Assembly: GCA_040218735.1 (NCBI GenBank)
Contig: JAVJQW010000050.1
Coordinates: 224,001-288,000 of the forward strand
Direction of reading: 5' to 3'
Length of the DNA stretch: 64,000 nt
Source: Deltaproteobacteria bacterium
GTDB taxonomy: Bacteria; Myxococcota; Kuafuiibacteriia; Kuafuiibacteriales; Kuafuiibacteriaceae
Shown here one piece after another: positions 9,848 to 22,769 of the stretch; position 1 is the first letter of the stretch, and each line of letters opens with the position of its first letter. The translations under genes were made by a program, and so were the position numbers. The notes beneath the pieces were generated by a model. It did not search any database. It saw nothing but the letters and a program-made list of their open reading frames with translations, and was not told the DNA's origin.

Positions 9848-11092
9848 ATGATGCGGCTCGGACCCATTCTCTTTCTCCTCGTGGTGTCGGCGATGCCGGC
9901 ACGCGTACGTGCGGAGGAGGAGAAGGAGCAGTTCGAAAATCAGTACACGATGCGGCCCGAGGTGTACGAGCGCCTCAACAAGGCGCAAGAAGCGCTCAAA
10001 GAGAACCGCTACAAGGCGGCGATCGCGGACCTCGACAAGATCCTGCGGCGGATGCGCCCCAACCCCTACGAAAAGGCGCTCTCCCTGCAGACGCTCGGTT
10101 ACGTGTACGCGAACCAGGAGAAGCTGAAGGAGGCCGCGGAGACGCTCGCCGAGTGTCACGCGCTGAACGCCCTGCCCCCCTCCACGCAGATCAGCCTGAT
10201 GTACAACATCGGCCAGCTCCACCTCGCCGCGCAGAACTACGCGCTGGCGGTGGCGGCGTTCGACGCGTGGATCGCGGAGTCGAAGAACCCGAACGCGACC
10301 TCGCTCTACACGGTCGCGGCCGCGAACTATCAGGCGAAGAAGTTTCAGCGCGCGACCTACTACGGCGAGCGGGCGCTGAAGATGACGAAGAAGCCGAAGG
10401 ACTCGCTCCTGCAGCTGTTGCTCTCGGCGTACGTGGAGCAGAAGCGCTATCGGCCCGCGGCGAAGATCCTCACGCAGCTCATCGAGCGCCGCCCCGACAG
10501 CCGCAACAACTGGCTGCAGCTCGCGGCGATGTACGCGCAGCTCGGCGAAGAGAAGAAGGCGCTCGCGGTCATGCAGTTGGCCCACGAGGCCAAACTCTTG
10601 AATCGCGGGGATGAGATCGTGCAGCTCGCGCAGCGTTTCCTCGCGGAAGAAATTCCGCTCGCGGCGGCGAAGCTGCTCGAGGAAGCGATGAAGCAGGGCA
10701 CGGTCCCGAAGAACGCGCGCACGACGCGCATGCTCGCGACGGCCTGGTACCAGTCGCGAGACAACAAGCGGGCGGCGCCCGCGATGGAGCGAGCGGCGAA
10801 GCTCGCCAAAGACGGAGATCTCTATTTCCGCCTGGCACAGATCCACATGCAGGAAGAGCAGTGGAGTCAGGCAGCCAGCGCCTGTGAAAAGGCGTTGGCA
10901 AAAGGGGGACTGCCGAGCGCAGGACAGGTCCATCTTCTGATGGGCATTGCCTTGGTTCGGCAGAACAAGAATGCGCGCGCGAAGCGTGCGTTTACGAAGG
11001 CATCGCAGTTCTCTGCGGTGAAAGGGCCCGCTAAGGGTTGGTTGAAGTTTCTGTCGAGCGCCGCTGCCTCAGCGGCGGCGGTGCAGAACTGA
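9848..11092 (+). CDS. Exported TPR protein (TtpD-like)
   Basis: Signal peptide, repeated TPR helices, NWLQLAAMY and EEIPLAAAKLLE motifs; follows tonB at 1 bp. Confidence 0.85.
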   Translation: MMRLGPILFLLVVSAMPARVRAEEEKEQFENQYTMRPEVYERLNKAQEALKENRYKAAIADLDKILRRMRPNPYEKALSLQTLGYVYANQEKLKEAAETLAECHALNALPPSTQISLMYNIGQLHLAAQNYALAVAAFDAWIAESKNPNATSLYTVAAANYQAKKFQRATYYGERALKMTKKPKDSLLQLLLSAYVEQKRYRPAAKILTQLIERRPDSRNNWLQLAAMYAQLGEEKKALAVMQLAHEAKLLNRGDEIVQLAQRFLAEEIPLAAAKLLEEAMKQGTVPKNARTTRMLATAWYQSRDNKRAAPAMERAAKLAKDGDLYFRLAQIHMQEEQWSQAASACEKALAKGGLPSAGQVHLLMGIALVRQNKNARAKRAFTKASQFSAVKGPAKGWLKFLSSAAASAAAVQN

Positions 11093-11138
11093 AATTTAGT
11101 TGGGGTTTGGTCAGATTAAGACCGGAACGAGGGAGTCG

Positions 11139-14276
<3,138 letters not shown>

Positions 14277-14282
14277 GGAGGG

Positions 14283-15659
14283 ATGAACATGCGACAAGTC
14301 ATGAGAAAATCCGCAGTTTCCGTCGCGTTCTTACTCGCGGCGGCGGGGTGCGGCGATGCCAATCGCCCGGTCTACCCGTCGTACGACCAGACGCTCCTGG
14401 AGCTCGCCAAGGCCAACTCGAACCTGAGCACCTTCGTGGAGCTCGTGGGGACGGCCGAGCTCGAGCCGGCGCTGGACGACACGACGGGCGTCTACACGGT
14501 GTTTGCACCGACCAACGCGGCGTTCTCCGCGCTGTCGGGCGTCGACACCACGATGAAGGACGTCGTGAACCCGATCCTTCGGTACCACACGTTCGGCGGC
14601 ACGCTCCCGTTCTCGCTCATCGGGCGCGGCGGCGAGTTCAAGACGATCACGGCCACGGTCGTGTCGTTCGTGCCTTCGCCGGCGATGCTGCCGGAGGGGA
14701 CGGACGTGCGGGCGCCCGGGAACACGACGCTCGTGCTCCGGAACTCGCTCGGCACCGCGAACTACGTCGAGGGTGACGTGTACGCTTCCAACGGCATCCT
14801 GCACATCATCGACGCGGTCATGATTCCGCCGACGGAGCCGGACGAGCCGGACCCGCCGGGGCTCTTGCTCGCGGAGGCCGAAGAGGCCGGCTTCTCGGCC
14901 GTGGTCAGCGCGATCATGGGTGTGGGTCTGCAGGCCGCGCTCGACGGCGCCGGTCCGTTCACGCTGTTCGCCCCGTCGGACGCTGCGCTCGGCGCGGTGG
15001 ACCTGTCGATGGCGGACGACGCGATCGTGCAGAACATCCTGCTCGGCCACGTGGTCGCGGACGACGTGGACTCGGACGCGGTGCTCGCAGCGACGTCGCT
15101 CGACACGCTCAACAACCTGTCGGCCGCGGTCGACGGCGCGATGATGACGGTCGGGGGCGCGGCGCTCGACGCCGACGCGCTCGACATCGAAGCGAGCAAC
15201 GGTCGGGTGCACGGCCTCGACGATGTGATCGTGCCTCCGACGGCGGCCGAGCTCATCGCGTCGGACGCGTCCCTGAGCTCGCTCGACACCGCGCTCACCC
15301 GCGCGGCGATCGCGGCGGCGGACCCGGACACGCTCGGCGGTGACACGCCGATCACGCTGTTCGCGCCCACCGACGCGGCGTTCACGGCGGCGGGGATCGA
15401 CACCTCGATGGTGGACACGGCCACGCTGACGGCGGTGCTCGGTCACCACCTCGTGACGTCGGGTCAGGCGCTCGCGGGTGACCTCACCGACGGCCAGACG
15501 ATCACGACGGCGAACGGCGACCTCACGGTCAACGTCGACGGCGAAGGCAACGTCTCGCTGACGGACGGCGCGGGCGGCACGGCGAACGTGCTGCGGAGCG
15601 ACCTCCGGACGCTCAGCGGCGTCGTGCACACCATCGACGCGGTCCTCCTGCCGCAATAG
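14283..15659 (+). CDS. Lipoprotein with three fasciclin (FAS1) domains
   Basis: Lipobox AAAGC; three T[VL]FAP[TS][ND]AA motifs with L.YH/L.GH/LGHH, and the closing motifs ASNGILHIIDAV, ASNGRVHGLDDV, SGVVHTIDAVL; AAGGAGG RBS. Confidence 0.92.
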   Translation: MNMRQVMRKSAVSVAFLLAAAGCGDANRPVYPSYDQTLLELAKANSNLSTFVELVGTAELEPALDDTTGVYTVFAPTNAAFSALSGVDTTMKDVVNPILRYHTFGGTLPFSLIGRGGEFKTITATVVSFVPSPAMLPEGTDVRAPGNTTLVLRNSLGTANYVEGDVYASNGILHIIDAVMIPPTEPDEPDPPGLLLAEAEEAGFSAVVSAIMGVGLQAALDGAGPFTLFAPSDAALGAVDLSMADDAIVQNILLGHVVADDVDSDAVLAATSLDTLNNLSAAVDGAMMTVGGAALDADALDIEASNGRVHGLDDVIVPPTAAELIASDASLSSLDTALTRAAIAAADPDTLGGDTPITLFAPTDAAFTAAGIDTSMVDTATLTAVLGHHLVTSGQALAGDLTDGQTITTANGDLTVNVDGEGNVSLTDGAGGTANVLRSDLRTLSGVVHTIDAVLLPQ

Positions 15660-15674
15660 TCCTGCGGGACCTTC

Positions 15675-15702
15675 GGCGCGCGGGGTTGCGATCCCGCGCG
15701 CC
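15675..15702 (+). terminator. GC-rich hairpin downstream of the fasciclin gene
   Basis: ggcgcgcggg / cccgcgcgcc perfect 10-bp stem, followed by pyrimidine-rich tctccttc (no real U tract). Confidence 0.45.
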
Positions 15703-15722
15703 TCTCCTTCACTGTCAAAGGC

Positions 15723-15980
15723 GTGAAACGTCGCGCCGCCTTCCTGCTAACCTCGATGATGGCCCTGGCGCTCGGCGCCTGCGCCTCGTTCCAGCCCGGC
15801 TCGACACCGAACCTCAACTACGAGGGTCCGGTCGCGACCGGGTCGAAGCTCTACAAACATCAGAGCGGGCGCACGACGAACGCGACGCCCTCGAAGGTTC
15901 GGGTGCTCACGGCGTGGGAGCTCGGCACCGCGGGGAGCCCAACCGTCGGCCGCGCGCTCTCGCGCCCCGGCATCCAATAG
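15723..15980 (+). CDS. Small hypothetical lipoprotein
   Basis: MKRRAAFLLTSMMALALGAC lipobox. Confidence 0.6.
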   Translation: MKRRAAFLLTSMMALALGACASFQPGSTPNLNYEGPVATGSKLYKHQSGRTTNATPSKVRVLTAWELGTAGSPTVGRALSRPGIQ

Positions 15981-16068
15981 TGCCTTCCGCTAGGCTGAGG
16001 CCGGTCGCGAATGCGGCCGGTCCGAAGACTGTGCCAAGGCGGTCCGCGAAGCGGAGCGGCGTTATGGC

Positions 16069-16401
16069 TTAAGAGGCGCTGTCGTCGGCCTGCGTGGCGG
16101 TCTGCGCGATCGTCTGCGCCGGTCGACCCGGGAGATCGAGCGCGGGCATCTCGATGCACGTCGGGACGTCGATCCGCGCGACGGGGTGCGGTGTCCGGAT
16201 GTCGACCTTGCCGGTCGACTGGCGCCACAGCTCGTGCTCGAGCTCCGCGCGGGCGAGCGCGGCGTCGCGCGAGCGTGAAAGCTCCGCCGCGATCTGACAG
16301 CGCGCCGAGTAACAGGCCGCCTCGGGGGGGACGAGCGCGGGAGGCGTCAGTCCGAGCGCCCAGACCAGGGGGTGAGCCGCGAGCATCGCACCGAAGAACA
16401 T
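16069..16401 (-). CDS. Small hypothetical exported protein
   Basis: Hydrophobic N-terminus from ATG 16401 (MFFGAMLAAHPLVWALGL), CYSARC; divergent from the sensor kinase. Confidence 0.5.
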   Translation of the reverse strand: MFFGAMLAAHPLVWALGLTPPALVPPEAACYSARCQIAAELSRSRDAALARAELEHELWRQSTGKVDIRTPHPVARIDVPTCIEMPALDLPGRPAQTIAQTATQADDSAS

Positions 16402-16519
16402 GGTGTCAGCGTACGGATCGCCTCTCATCGCCGAATCACGCGCCGGTCACGGTTCGGTCATGCCGGACGATTTTCGGGCCGTGATACTTCCGTGACATGG
16501 ACCGCGATATCATCGGTCC

Positions 16520-18547
16520 GTGAAGCTCGACTCCCAGGGGCGGAGGGCCCGCCAGGTCGTGCTTTTAGTGATCGCCATGATCGCCCTGCCCTCCGTCGCG
16601 CTCACCGCGCTGGCGATCGCGGCGATCGAAAACGAGGAGGCCGCCGCGCGGAAGCGGCTCGAGGTCGCGTACCTACCGGTCCTCTCCGCGATGGCGAAGC
16701 GCTTCAACGATCGCCTCGACGGGATCGTCCAGGACACACCGCCCGCGCTGCACGCGCTGCTCGAATGGTCGGAGTACGCCGCCGACGTCTCCGACCTCGC
16801 ACCGCTGGACACGTTCCGAGAGGAGACACCGTTCGCGACGAACTACTTCGTCATCGACGACGACGGGAACGTGCTCTTCCCTCGAAACCACGGCGCGAGC
16901 TGCGAAGCCCCGTGGTCACGCGTCGCGAACCGACACATCGAGGCCTGTCAGGGCAGCGCCTGTGACTGCACGGCGATCGCCGACCTCGCTGCGCACCCCG
17001 ATCTGTACGGCCGAAACCACTGCGCCGCACGCTACGCCGCCGCGCTCTGCCGCGCGGAGCAGGACGGCGCGCTCGCACCGGTGCCGAGCTGCCTGAAGGA
17101 CTCGAAGCTCGCCGAGGCCTCGATCGCGCTGTCGTCGCGTTGGCTCAAACACCCGGACGATCAGATGCGCGCCAGCGCGGCGCTGCAGCTCGCGAAGAAG
17201 ATGTCCGCGCCGCAGGCCGAAGCCGAGGACGTCATCGGCCAGGTGAACATGTGGTGGTTCGTGCCGCGGCTGCGGCAGCTCGACCGCCCCGACAGCGACT
17301 CCGCGCTCGGCCTCCTGCAGGCGATGGGCACACGCGCGCCCTTCCTCGACGCGATGGCGACGCTCTCGAAGAACCGCGACGGTCCGCCGATGGTGTGGTC
17401 GTGGTCGGTCGACGGGCTGCGGCGCGTCGTCGTGCTGCAGAGCGTCGAGGGGTACCTCACCGGGTACGAGCTCACGCCGGAGGGCTTTCAGGACTACGTC
17501 GCGCAGGGCCTCGCGGAGCTGGAGCTCGAGACGCGTACGCGTGTACACCTGCTGCCGATCGAAGCGCCGCGGAACGCCTACCGGGCGTACATGGAGCGCT
17601 ACAAGGACCAGGTGGCTTCGTGGTCCCTGCTCGCGAAGACGCAGCTGGCGTGGGAGCTCGTGATCCTCCTCGACGACGAGGGGGTGTTCTTCGACCTCGT
17701 GCACCAGCGCGCGACGCTCTACATGTGGGGCCTCGGTCTCGTCGTCCTCGCGCTGCTCGGCGGCATCGGCTACACCGTCAAGGCGGTGCTGGCGGAGGCA
17801 CGAGAGTCGCGGCTGAAGACGGACTTCGTGTCCAGCGTGTCGCACGACCTGAGGACGCCGCTGACCTCGATCCGCATGTTCACGGAGAGCCTGTTGATGG
17901 GGCGCGTGGACGGGGAAGAGGACATCCGCGAGAGCCTGACGGTGATCGCGTCCGAGACCGAGCGGCTGTCGCGGCTCACCGAGCGCATCCTCGACTTCTC
18001 GCGGATGGAGGCCGGGCGGAAGGCGTACGTGTTCGAGCCGACGTCGGTGGCCGCGGTGGTCACCCACGCGATGAACGCGTGTGCGCCGATGATCGCGTCG
18101 TCCGACTTCGAGGTCGCGGTCGAGGTCGAACCGGGGCTACCGGACGTCCTCGGCGACAAGGACGCGCTCATCGAGGCGCTCATCAACCTGATCACCAACG
18201 CCGTGAAGTACAGCGTGGACGACCGCTCGATCACGGTCGAAGCCAAACACGAAGATGGTGAGGTCGTGCTCGCCGTGTCGGATCGTGGGATGGGGATCTC
18301 ACGCGCCGACCAGCGTCGCATCTTCGAAAAGTTCTATCGTGTGGACTGCCGTCGAACCTCAGAGGTGGGGGGCTGCGGGCTCGGGTTGAGCCTCGTCCGT
18401 CACATCGTCGAGGCACACGACGGGATGCTCTCGGTCGTCAGCACGCTCGGGGAAGGCAGTACGTTCACGATCCGGCTGGCCAAGTTCGAGCGCCGGCCGC
18501 TCGTGGAGCTCGTGGGGGAGAAGTCGTGGAATCAATCCTCGTCGTAG
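16520..18547 (+). CDS. Membrane sensor histidine kinase with Cys-rich periplasmic domain
   Basis: Two TM segments; DFVSSVSHDLRTPLTSI H-box, NLITNAVKYS N-box, DRGMGI, IFEKFYRV, GCGLGL. Confidence 0.93.
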   Translation: MKLDSQGRRARQVVLLVIAMIALPSVALTALAIAAIENEEAAARKRLEVAYLPVLSAMAKRFNDRLDGIVQDTPPALHALLEWSEYAADVSDLAPLDTFREETPFATNYFVIDDDGNVLFPRNHGASCEAPWSRVANRHIEACQGSACDCTAIADLAAHPDLYGRNHCAARYAAALCRAEQDGALAPVPSCLKDSKLAEASIALSSRWLKHPDDQMRASAALQLAKKMSAPQAEAEDVIGQVNMWWFVPRLRQLDRPDSDSALGLLQAMGTRAPFLDAMATLSKNRDGPPMVWSWSVDGLRRVVVLQSVEGYLTGYELTPEGFQDYVAQGLAELELETRTRVHLLPIEAPRNAYRAYMERYKDQVASWSLLAKTQLAWELVILLDDEGVFFDLVHQRATLYMWGLGLVVLALLGGIGYTVKAVLAEARESRLKTDFVSSVSHDLRTPLTSIRMFTESLLMGRVDGEEDIRESLTVIASETERLSRLTERILDFSRMEAGRKAYVFEPTSVAAVVTHAMNACAPMIASSDFEVAVEVEPGLPDVLGDKDALIEALINLITNAVKYSVDDRSITVEAKHEDGEVVLAVSDRGMGISRADQRRIFEKFYRVDCRRTSEVGGCGLGLSLVRHIVEAHDGMLSVVSTLGEGSTFTIRLAKFERRPLVELVGEKSWNQSSS

Positions 18548-19212
18548 AGGACGAGCCTTCGATCGCGAAGGGCCTCGTTCACAATCTGAGATTCGAGGGG
18601 TACTCGGTCCGCCACGCCGCGGACGGGGAGACCGGGCTCGACTGGACCATCTCGCGCCCGCCGGACCTCATGCTCCTCGACGTGATGCTCCCTCGCCTCA
18701 ACGGGTTCGAGGTGCTGCGCGAGGTGCGTCGGTTGGATCTCGACGTCGCGGTCATCATGCTGACCGCGAAGGGTGAGGAGCACGAGAAGGTCCGTGGCCT
18801 GGATCTCGGCGCGGACGACTACATCACGAAGCCCTTCGGGCTCGCCGAGCTGCTCGCGCGGGTGCGGGCCGTCCTCCGCCGGCGCAAGGCCGGGCCGGAC
18901 GAGGAGGACCGCGTGCGGTTCGGCGAAGTGGAGATCGATTTCAAGTCGTTGTCGGTACGGGTACGCGGTGAGCCCATCGACGTCACGGCGCGCGAGCTGG
19001 AGCTGTTGAAGCTGTTCGTGACGCGGGCGGGCGAGGCGATGTCGCGGGAGGAGATCGTGTGTCGGGTATGGGGGTACGACTACGAAGGAACGGATCGGAC
19101 ACTCGACAACTTCGTGAGCCGGCTCAGGAAGAAGCTGGAGCCGGACGCCGCGAAGCCTCGTCACTTCTTGACCGTGCGCGGGATTGGCTACCGCTTCGTC
19201 GCGGAGCCCTGA
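18526..19212 (+). CDS. OmpR/PhoB-family response regulator
   Basis: ILVVEDE, LLDVMLP, GADDYITKPF, winged helix RTLDNFVSRLRKKLE...TVRGIGYRF; overlaps the kinase. Confidence 0.95.
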   Translation: MESILVVEDEPSIAKGLVHNLRFEGYSVRHAADGETGLDWTISRPPDLMLLDVMLPRLNGFEVLREVRRLDLDVAVIMLTAKGEEHEKVRGLDLGADDYITKPFGLAELLARVRAVLRRRKAGPDEEDRVRFGEVEIDFKSLSVRVRGEPIDVTARELELLKLFVTRAGEAMSREEIVCRVWGYDYEGTDRTLDNFVSRLRKKLEPDAAKPRHFLTVRGIGYRFVAEP

Positions 19213-19337
19213 GGCGGTCGCCCGCCGGATGCAGCGAAGGGCCTGCGGCAGTGTCCGAGCGAACGGACAGTCGGGGCACGAAGCGGCGCCGGTTCCGAGG
19301 CCGTCGTGTTGGCACGCCACGCGCAGTGGTGGCCGGC

Positions 19338-19547
19338 ATGTCGCTGACCCGCTTTGTCCCTCACACGTTGATCGTCGCCTCGATCGTCGCGGCCTCGCTC
19401 GTGATCGTCGCCCCGACGACGTGCGCCCCGCGCGCGGGCGAGCCGATGGCCTCGGCGCCGAAGCCGCAGAAGAAGAAGCTCCCGCGTGAGTGGGTGTGGA
19501 AGGTGAAGGCCCGCAGCTACGACCAGATGTTCCGGTCTGCCATGTAG
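19338..19547 (+). CDS. Small membrane-anchored or exported peptide (69 aa)
   Basis: ATG 19338: hydrophobic LIVASIVAASLVIVAP followed by basic/aromatic LPREWVWKVKARSYDQMFR. Confidence 0.5.
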   Translation: MSLTRFVPHTLIVASIVAASLVIVAPTTCAPRAGEPMASAPKPQKKKLPREWVWKVKARSYDQMFRSAM

Positions 19548-19646
19548 CTGTCAGCGTCCAGCTCCCAGCAGGCAGCCAGAGCCCTCGGCGTGAACACAAT
19601 CGCGGCGCTCTGACTGAAGGCTGTCAGCTGCCAGCTGCCAGCTACC

Positions 19647-20723
19647 TCAGTTGACGTACAAGGCGCGCTCGAAGTCGGCCGGGTTGGTCGCGGCGCCCTT
19701 CGCGGTCTCGAGGCTGATGATGCCCGCCTGGTACAGGTCGATCAGGTGCTGGTCGAAGCTCTGCGTGCCGTACATCTCTCGGCCACGCTCGATGTAGTCC
19801 TTGATCTCCGGCGTTCGGTTCGAGTCCTTGATGAGCTCCAGGACCGTCAGCGTCACCACCATGATCTCCATGGCCACCACCCGGCCGCTGCCGTCGGCGC
19901 GGCGGAGGAGGCGCTGGGAGATCGTCCCCTTGAGGTTTTCGGCGAGGCGCAGGCGCACGGCGTTCTGCGCGTCGTGCGGGAACACGTCGATGATGCGGCC
20001 GATCGTCTTGGCGGCGTCGTTCGTGTGGACCGTCGAGAAGACGAGGTGGCCGGTCTCGGCGGCCTTGAGGCCGGTGTCGATCGTCACCGCGTCGCGCATC
20101 TCGCCAACGAGGATGACGTCCGGGTCCTGACGCAGCGCCGCGCGCAACGCCATCGCGAACGACTCGGTGTCCGCGCCGACCTCGCGCTGCGTGACGCGCG
20201 ACAGTTTGTCTTCGTGGAGGAACTCGATCGGGTCCTCGATGGTGACGATGTGTTTGCGGTACTCGCCGTTGATCTCGTTGATCATCGCGGCGAGCGTCGT
20301 CGACTTACCCGAGCCGGTGACGCCGGTGACGAGCACCAACCCACGCTCCTCGCGCGCCAGCTTCTTGAGGACCGGCGGAAGCCCCAGCTCGTCGAGCGTG
20401 GGGATCTTGCGCGGGATGACCCGGAGCACCGCGCCGTACTCGCCCTTTTGCTTGAGGACGTTCACGCGGAAGCGTCCGACGTTCTCGACGAAGTACGAGG
20501 TGTCGTACTCCTTGAGGCGGTCCAGGTCGTACTGGAGGTTGTTGCGGTCCATGATGTGCCCGACGAGCTGGCGCATCCCGTCCTTGGTGAGGGGGTCGAG
20601 CTTGACCTCCTTGAGGACGCCGTGGACCCGCAGCGTCGGCTGGGCCTCCGCTTTGATGTGGATGTCGGACGCGCCCGCCTTGACCGCGGCCGCCAGGAAC
20701 TTGTCGAACATCCGCGGTTCCAT
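19647..20723 (-). CDS. pilT: PilT/PilU-family type IV pilus retraction ATPase (paralogue)
   Basis: GASDIHIK, GRFRVN, GVTGSGKSTT, TIEDPIE, ALRQDPDVILVGEMRD, ETGHLVFSTVHT. The AIRNLIRE motif is diverged (TVLELIKD). Start set at ATG 20723. Confidence 0.88.
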   Translation of the reverse strand: MEPRMFDKFLAAAVKAGASDIHIKAEAQPTLRVHGVLKEVKLDPLTKDGMRQLVGHIMDRNNLQYDLDRLKEYDTSYFVENVGRFRVNVLKQKGEYGAVLRVIPRKIPTLDELGLPPVLKKLAREERGLVLVTGVTGSGKSTTLAAMINEINGEYRKHIVTIEDPIEFLHEDKLSRVTQREVGADTESFAMALRAALRQDPDVILVGEMRDAVTIDTGLKAAETGHLVFSTVHTNDAAKTIGRIIDVFPHDAQNAVRLRLAENLKGTISQRLLRRADGSGRVVAMEIMVVTLTVLELIKDSNRTPEIKDYIERGREMYGTQSFDQHLIDLYQAGIISLETAKGAATNPADFERALYVN

Positions 20724-20823
20724 CGCCCTTGCGATTTCACCCGGGCTGGCGATCCAGTCAAGGGCCACCCCCGGGCGGACCCCGCTCGCCCGATTGATCT
20801 GAACGGGCGAGAGCAGGTACCTC

Positions 20824-22740
20824 ATGTGGATCGTGCGACAAACCGCGCTTTCGTCCGTTTGGGTGCTCCTCCCCCTCCTCTTCGCCTGCGACGGTGACAA
20901 TCTCGTCGGCGTCGAAGATCGTGACGGTGGCCCCGGCCCCTGCATGACCGACGAGGACTGCCCGGACCGCTTCGCCTGTAACGCCCCCCTGCGGCTCTGC
21001 TACGCGCTCGACGAGTGCGGCCCCGACATGCCCTGCCCCGAGCCCGAGGTCTGCGTCGAGGCCGACAACGGGTACCGTCGATGCCGCTTCGAGCGCTGCG
21101 AAGACGCGAGCGACTGCACCGAGCTGAGCTGCGGCTCGGACCTCATCCCGACTTGCACCGCGGGCAGCTGCATCTGCGGCGAGCCCTGCAACGGCGGCTG
21201 CCCGCCGGGCCGCGGCTGCTGCATCCCGACCGAGATGTGCCTGGACCTGCCTCCGGAATGTATGGGGCTCGAGTGCCCGCCGGGCCAGTTCGTCTCGGTG
21301 ACGTCGAGCGGGGCCTGGAGCCGCCGCGAGTGTGAAGTGACCGGCGAGACGTGCGCGTGTGAAGTGCTGCCGCCGCTGCCGATCGGCGACATCGGCCTGT
21401 ACAGCGCGCTCGCGGCCGACGCGACCGGCGCGGTGATGAGCGCCTACAACCTGGACTACGGCGACCTGATGTTCGGGTTCGTGCAGCCGGACGGCTCGGT
21501 CGATTGGTCGTTCGTCGACGGCGTGCCGACCACCACCACTTCGATCACCGGCGACGTCGAGGGCCCGCGCGGTGGCAACAGCGATCCGGGGCTCGACGTC
21601 GGGCTGTACACGGACATCGCGACGGACAACGTCGGTCAGCCGCATATCGTCTACCAGGAGCGTGAGCGCGGCGCGCTGCGCTACGCGCGGCGTTCGAACG
21701 CGGGGTGGACGATCCACACCGTGGACGGCGACGGGATCGGCTCCACGGGTCTGTACTCCAGCATCGCGTTCGACATGGGCGGCGTGCCCCACGTCGCGTA
21801 CCTCGCGGCGCGCGAAGAGCGCGCGAACCAGCGCAGCTCGTCGCTGCGCATCGCGTGGGCGAACGGAGCGGAGCCGTCGGCGCGCGGGGACTGGAGCTTC
21901 CGCGACGTCGACACCTACGACCTGTCCGGCGAGAGCTGCACCCACCGGTGCAACATCGACGAGGTGTGCCTGGCGTCGACGGACACGTGCGTCGTGCCGG
22001 ATCCGCGCAACGCCTGTAGCCCGACGTGTGGCTCCGGCGAGGCGTGTGTCTCGGGGGCGTGCGCGGCGATCCGCTCGGGGCCCGCGTTCTACGATCTGCC
22101 GCTCGCGCGCGGCCTGTGGCCGTCGTTGGCGGTGCTCGGGGACGGCACGGTCCTCATCGCGTACCACGACCGTGTGGAGCAGAACCTGAAGATCGCGCGG
22201 ATCACGGGCGACCTGAGGAACGCGCCGATCGAGATCGTCACGCTCGACGGCGCGGGCGCTCCGAACGGGTCGACCGACGAGACCGGGCTGTTCCCGTCGC
22301 TGTACGCGACGCCCGGCGGCGAGCTGCACCTGACCTATCTCAACGCGACTCGGCAGGCGCTCGGCTATCTGCTCCTCGACGCGAACCTCGACGCCGTGGT
22401 GCGCGAGGAGGTGGAGTCAGGGCTCGGCATGGGCGGAGGCCCGGACGGCGCGCTTATCGGCGCGGACTCGGCGCTGGTCGTCGACGCGTCGGGGGTCGCG
22501 CGCGTGGCGTACCAGGACGCGACACTCGGCGACCTCAAGTACGCGCGGCGTCAGGGCCCGAACAACTGGGTCGTGATCACCCTGGCCGGCGACGAGGACC
22601 CGTACCGCGGTAGCTTCGGCTTCTACACGGATCAGGTCCTGGATTCTGGGCGCTTGAACCCGCAGGTTTCGACGTACCGGTACTTCCTGAGCGCGCCCGG
22701 CGGCCCGATGAACGGCGTCGATCTCTTCTCGCCGCCCTGA
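20824..22740 (+). CDS. Cys-rich lipoprotein with a probable 7-bladed beta-propeller
   Basis: Lipobox LLFAC; N-terminal Cys repeats; seven G[LAF]-x-x-[SD]-type blade starts (GLYSAL, GLYTDI, GLYSSI, GLWPSL, GLFPSL, GADSAL, GFYTD) with PH[IV]xY; second Cys-rich insert. Confidence 0.8.
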   Translation: MWIVRQTALSSVWVLLPLLFACDGDNLVGVEDRDGGPGPCMTDEDCPDRFACNAPLRLCYALDECGPDMPCPEPEVCVEADNGYRRCRFERCEDASDCTELSCGSDLIPTCTAGSCICGEPCNGGCPPGRGCCIPTEMCLDLPPECMGLECPPGQFVSVTSSGAWSRRECEVTGETCACEVLPPLPIGDIGLYSALAADATGAVMSAYNLDYGDLMFGFVQPDGSVDWSFVDGVPTTTTSITGDVEGPRGGNSDPGLDVGLYTDIATDNVGQPHIVYQERERGALRYARRSNAGWTIHTVDGDGIGSTGLYSSIAFDMGGVPHVAYLAAREERANQRSSSLRIAWANGAEPSARGDWSFRDVDTYDLSGESCTHRCNIDEVCLASTDTCVVPDPRNACSPTCGSGEACVSGACAAIRSGPAFYDLPLARGLWPSLAVLGDGTVLIAYHDRVEQNLKIARITGDLRNAPIEIVTLDGAGAPNGSTDETGLFPSLYATPGGELHLTYLNATRQALGYLLLDANLDAVVREEVESGLGMGGGPDGALIGADSALVVDASGVARVAYQDATLGDLKYARRQGPNNWVVITLAGDEDPYRGSFGFYTDQVLDSGRLNPQVSTYRYFLSAPGGPMNGVDLFSPP

Positions 22741-22769
22741 GGTTTTGTGATGTCCACCACCTGACGGAT

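Noticed and set aside
19310-19325. Sigma54-like TGGCACGCCACGCGCA upstream of the small ORF at 19338
   Set aside because: GG-N10-GC spacing is right, but the -12 element lacks TT, the implied TSS is almost on the ATG, and the adjacent regulator is OmpR-type. Too weak to call.
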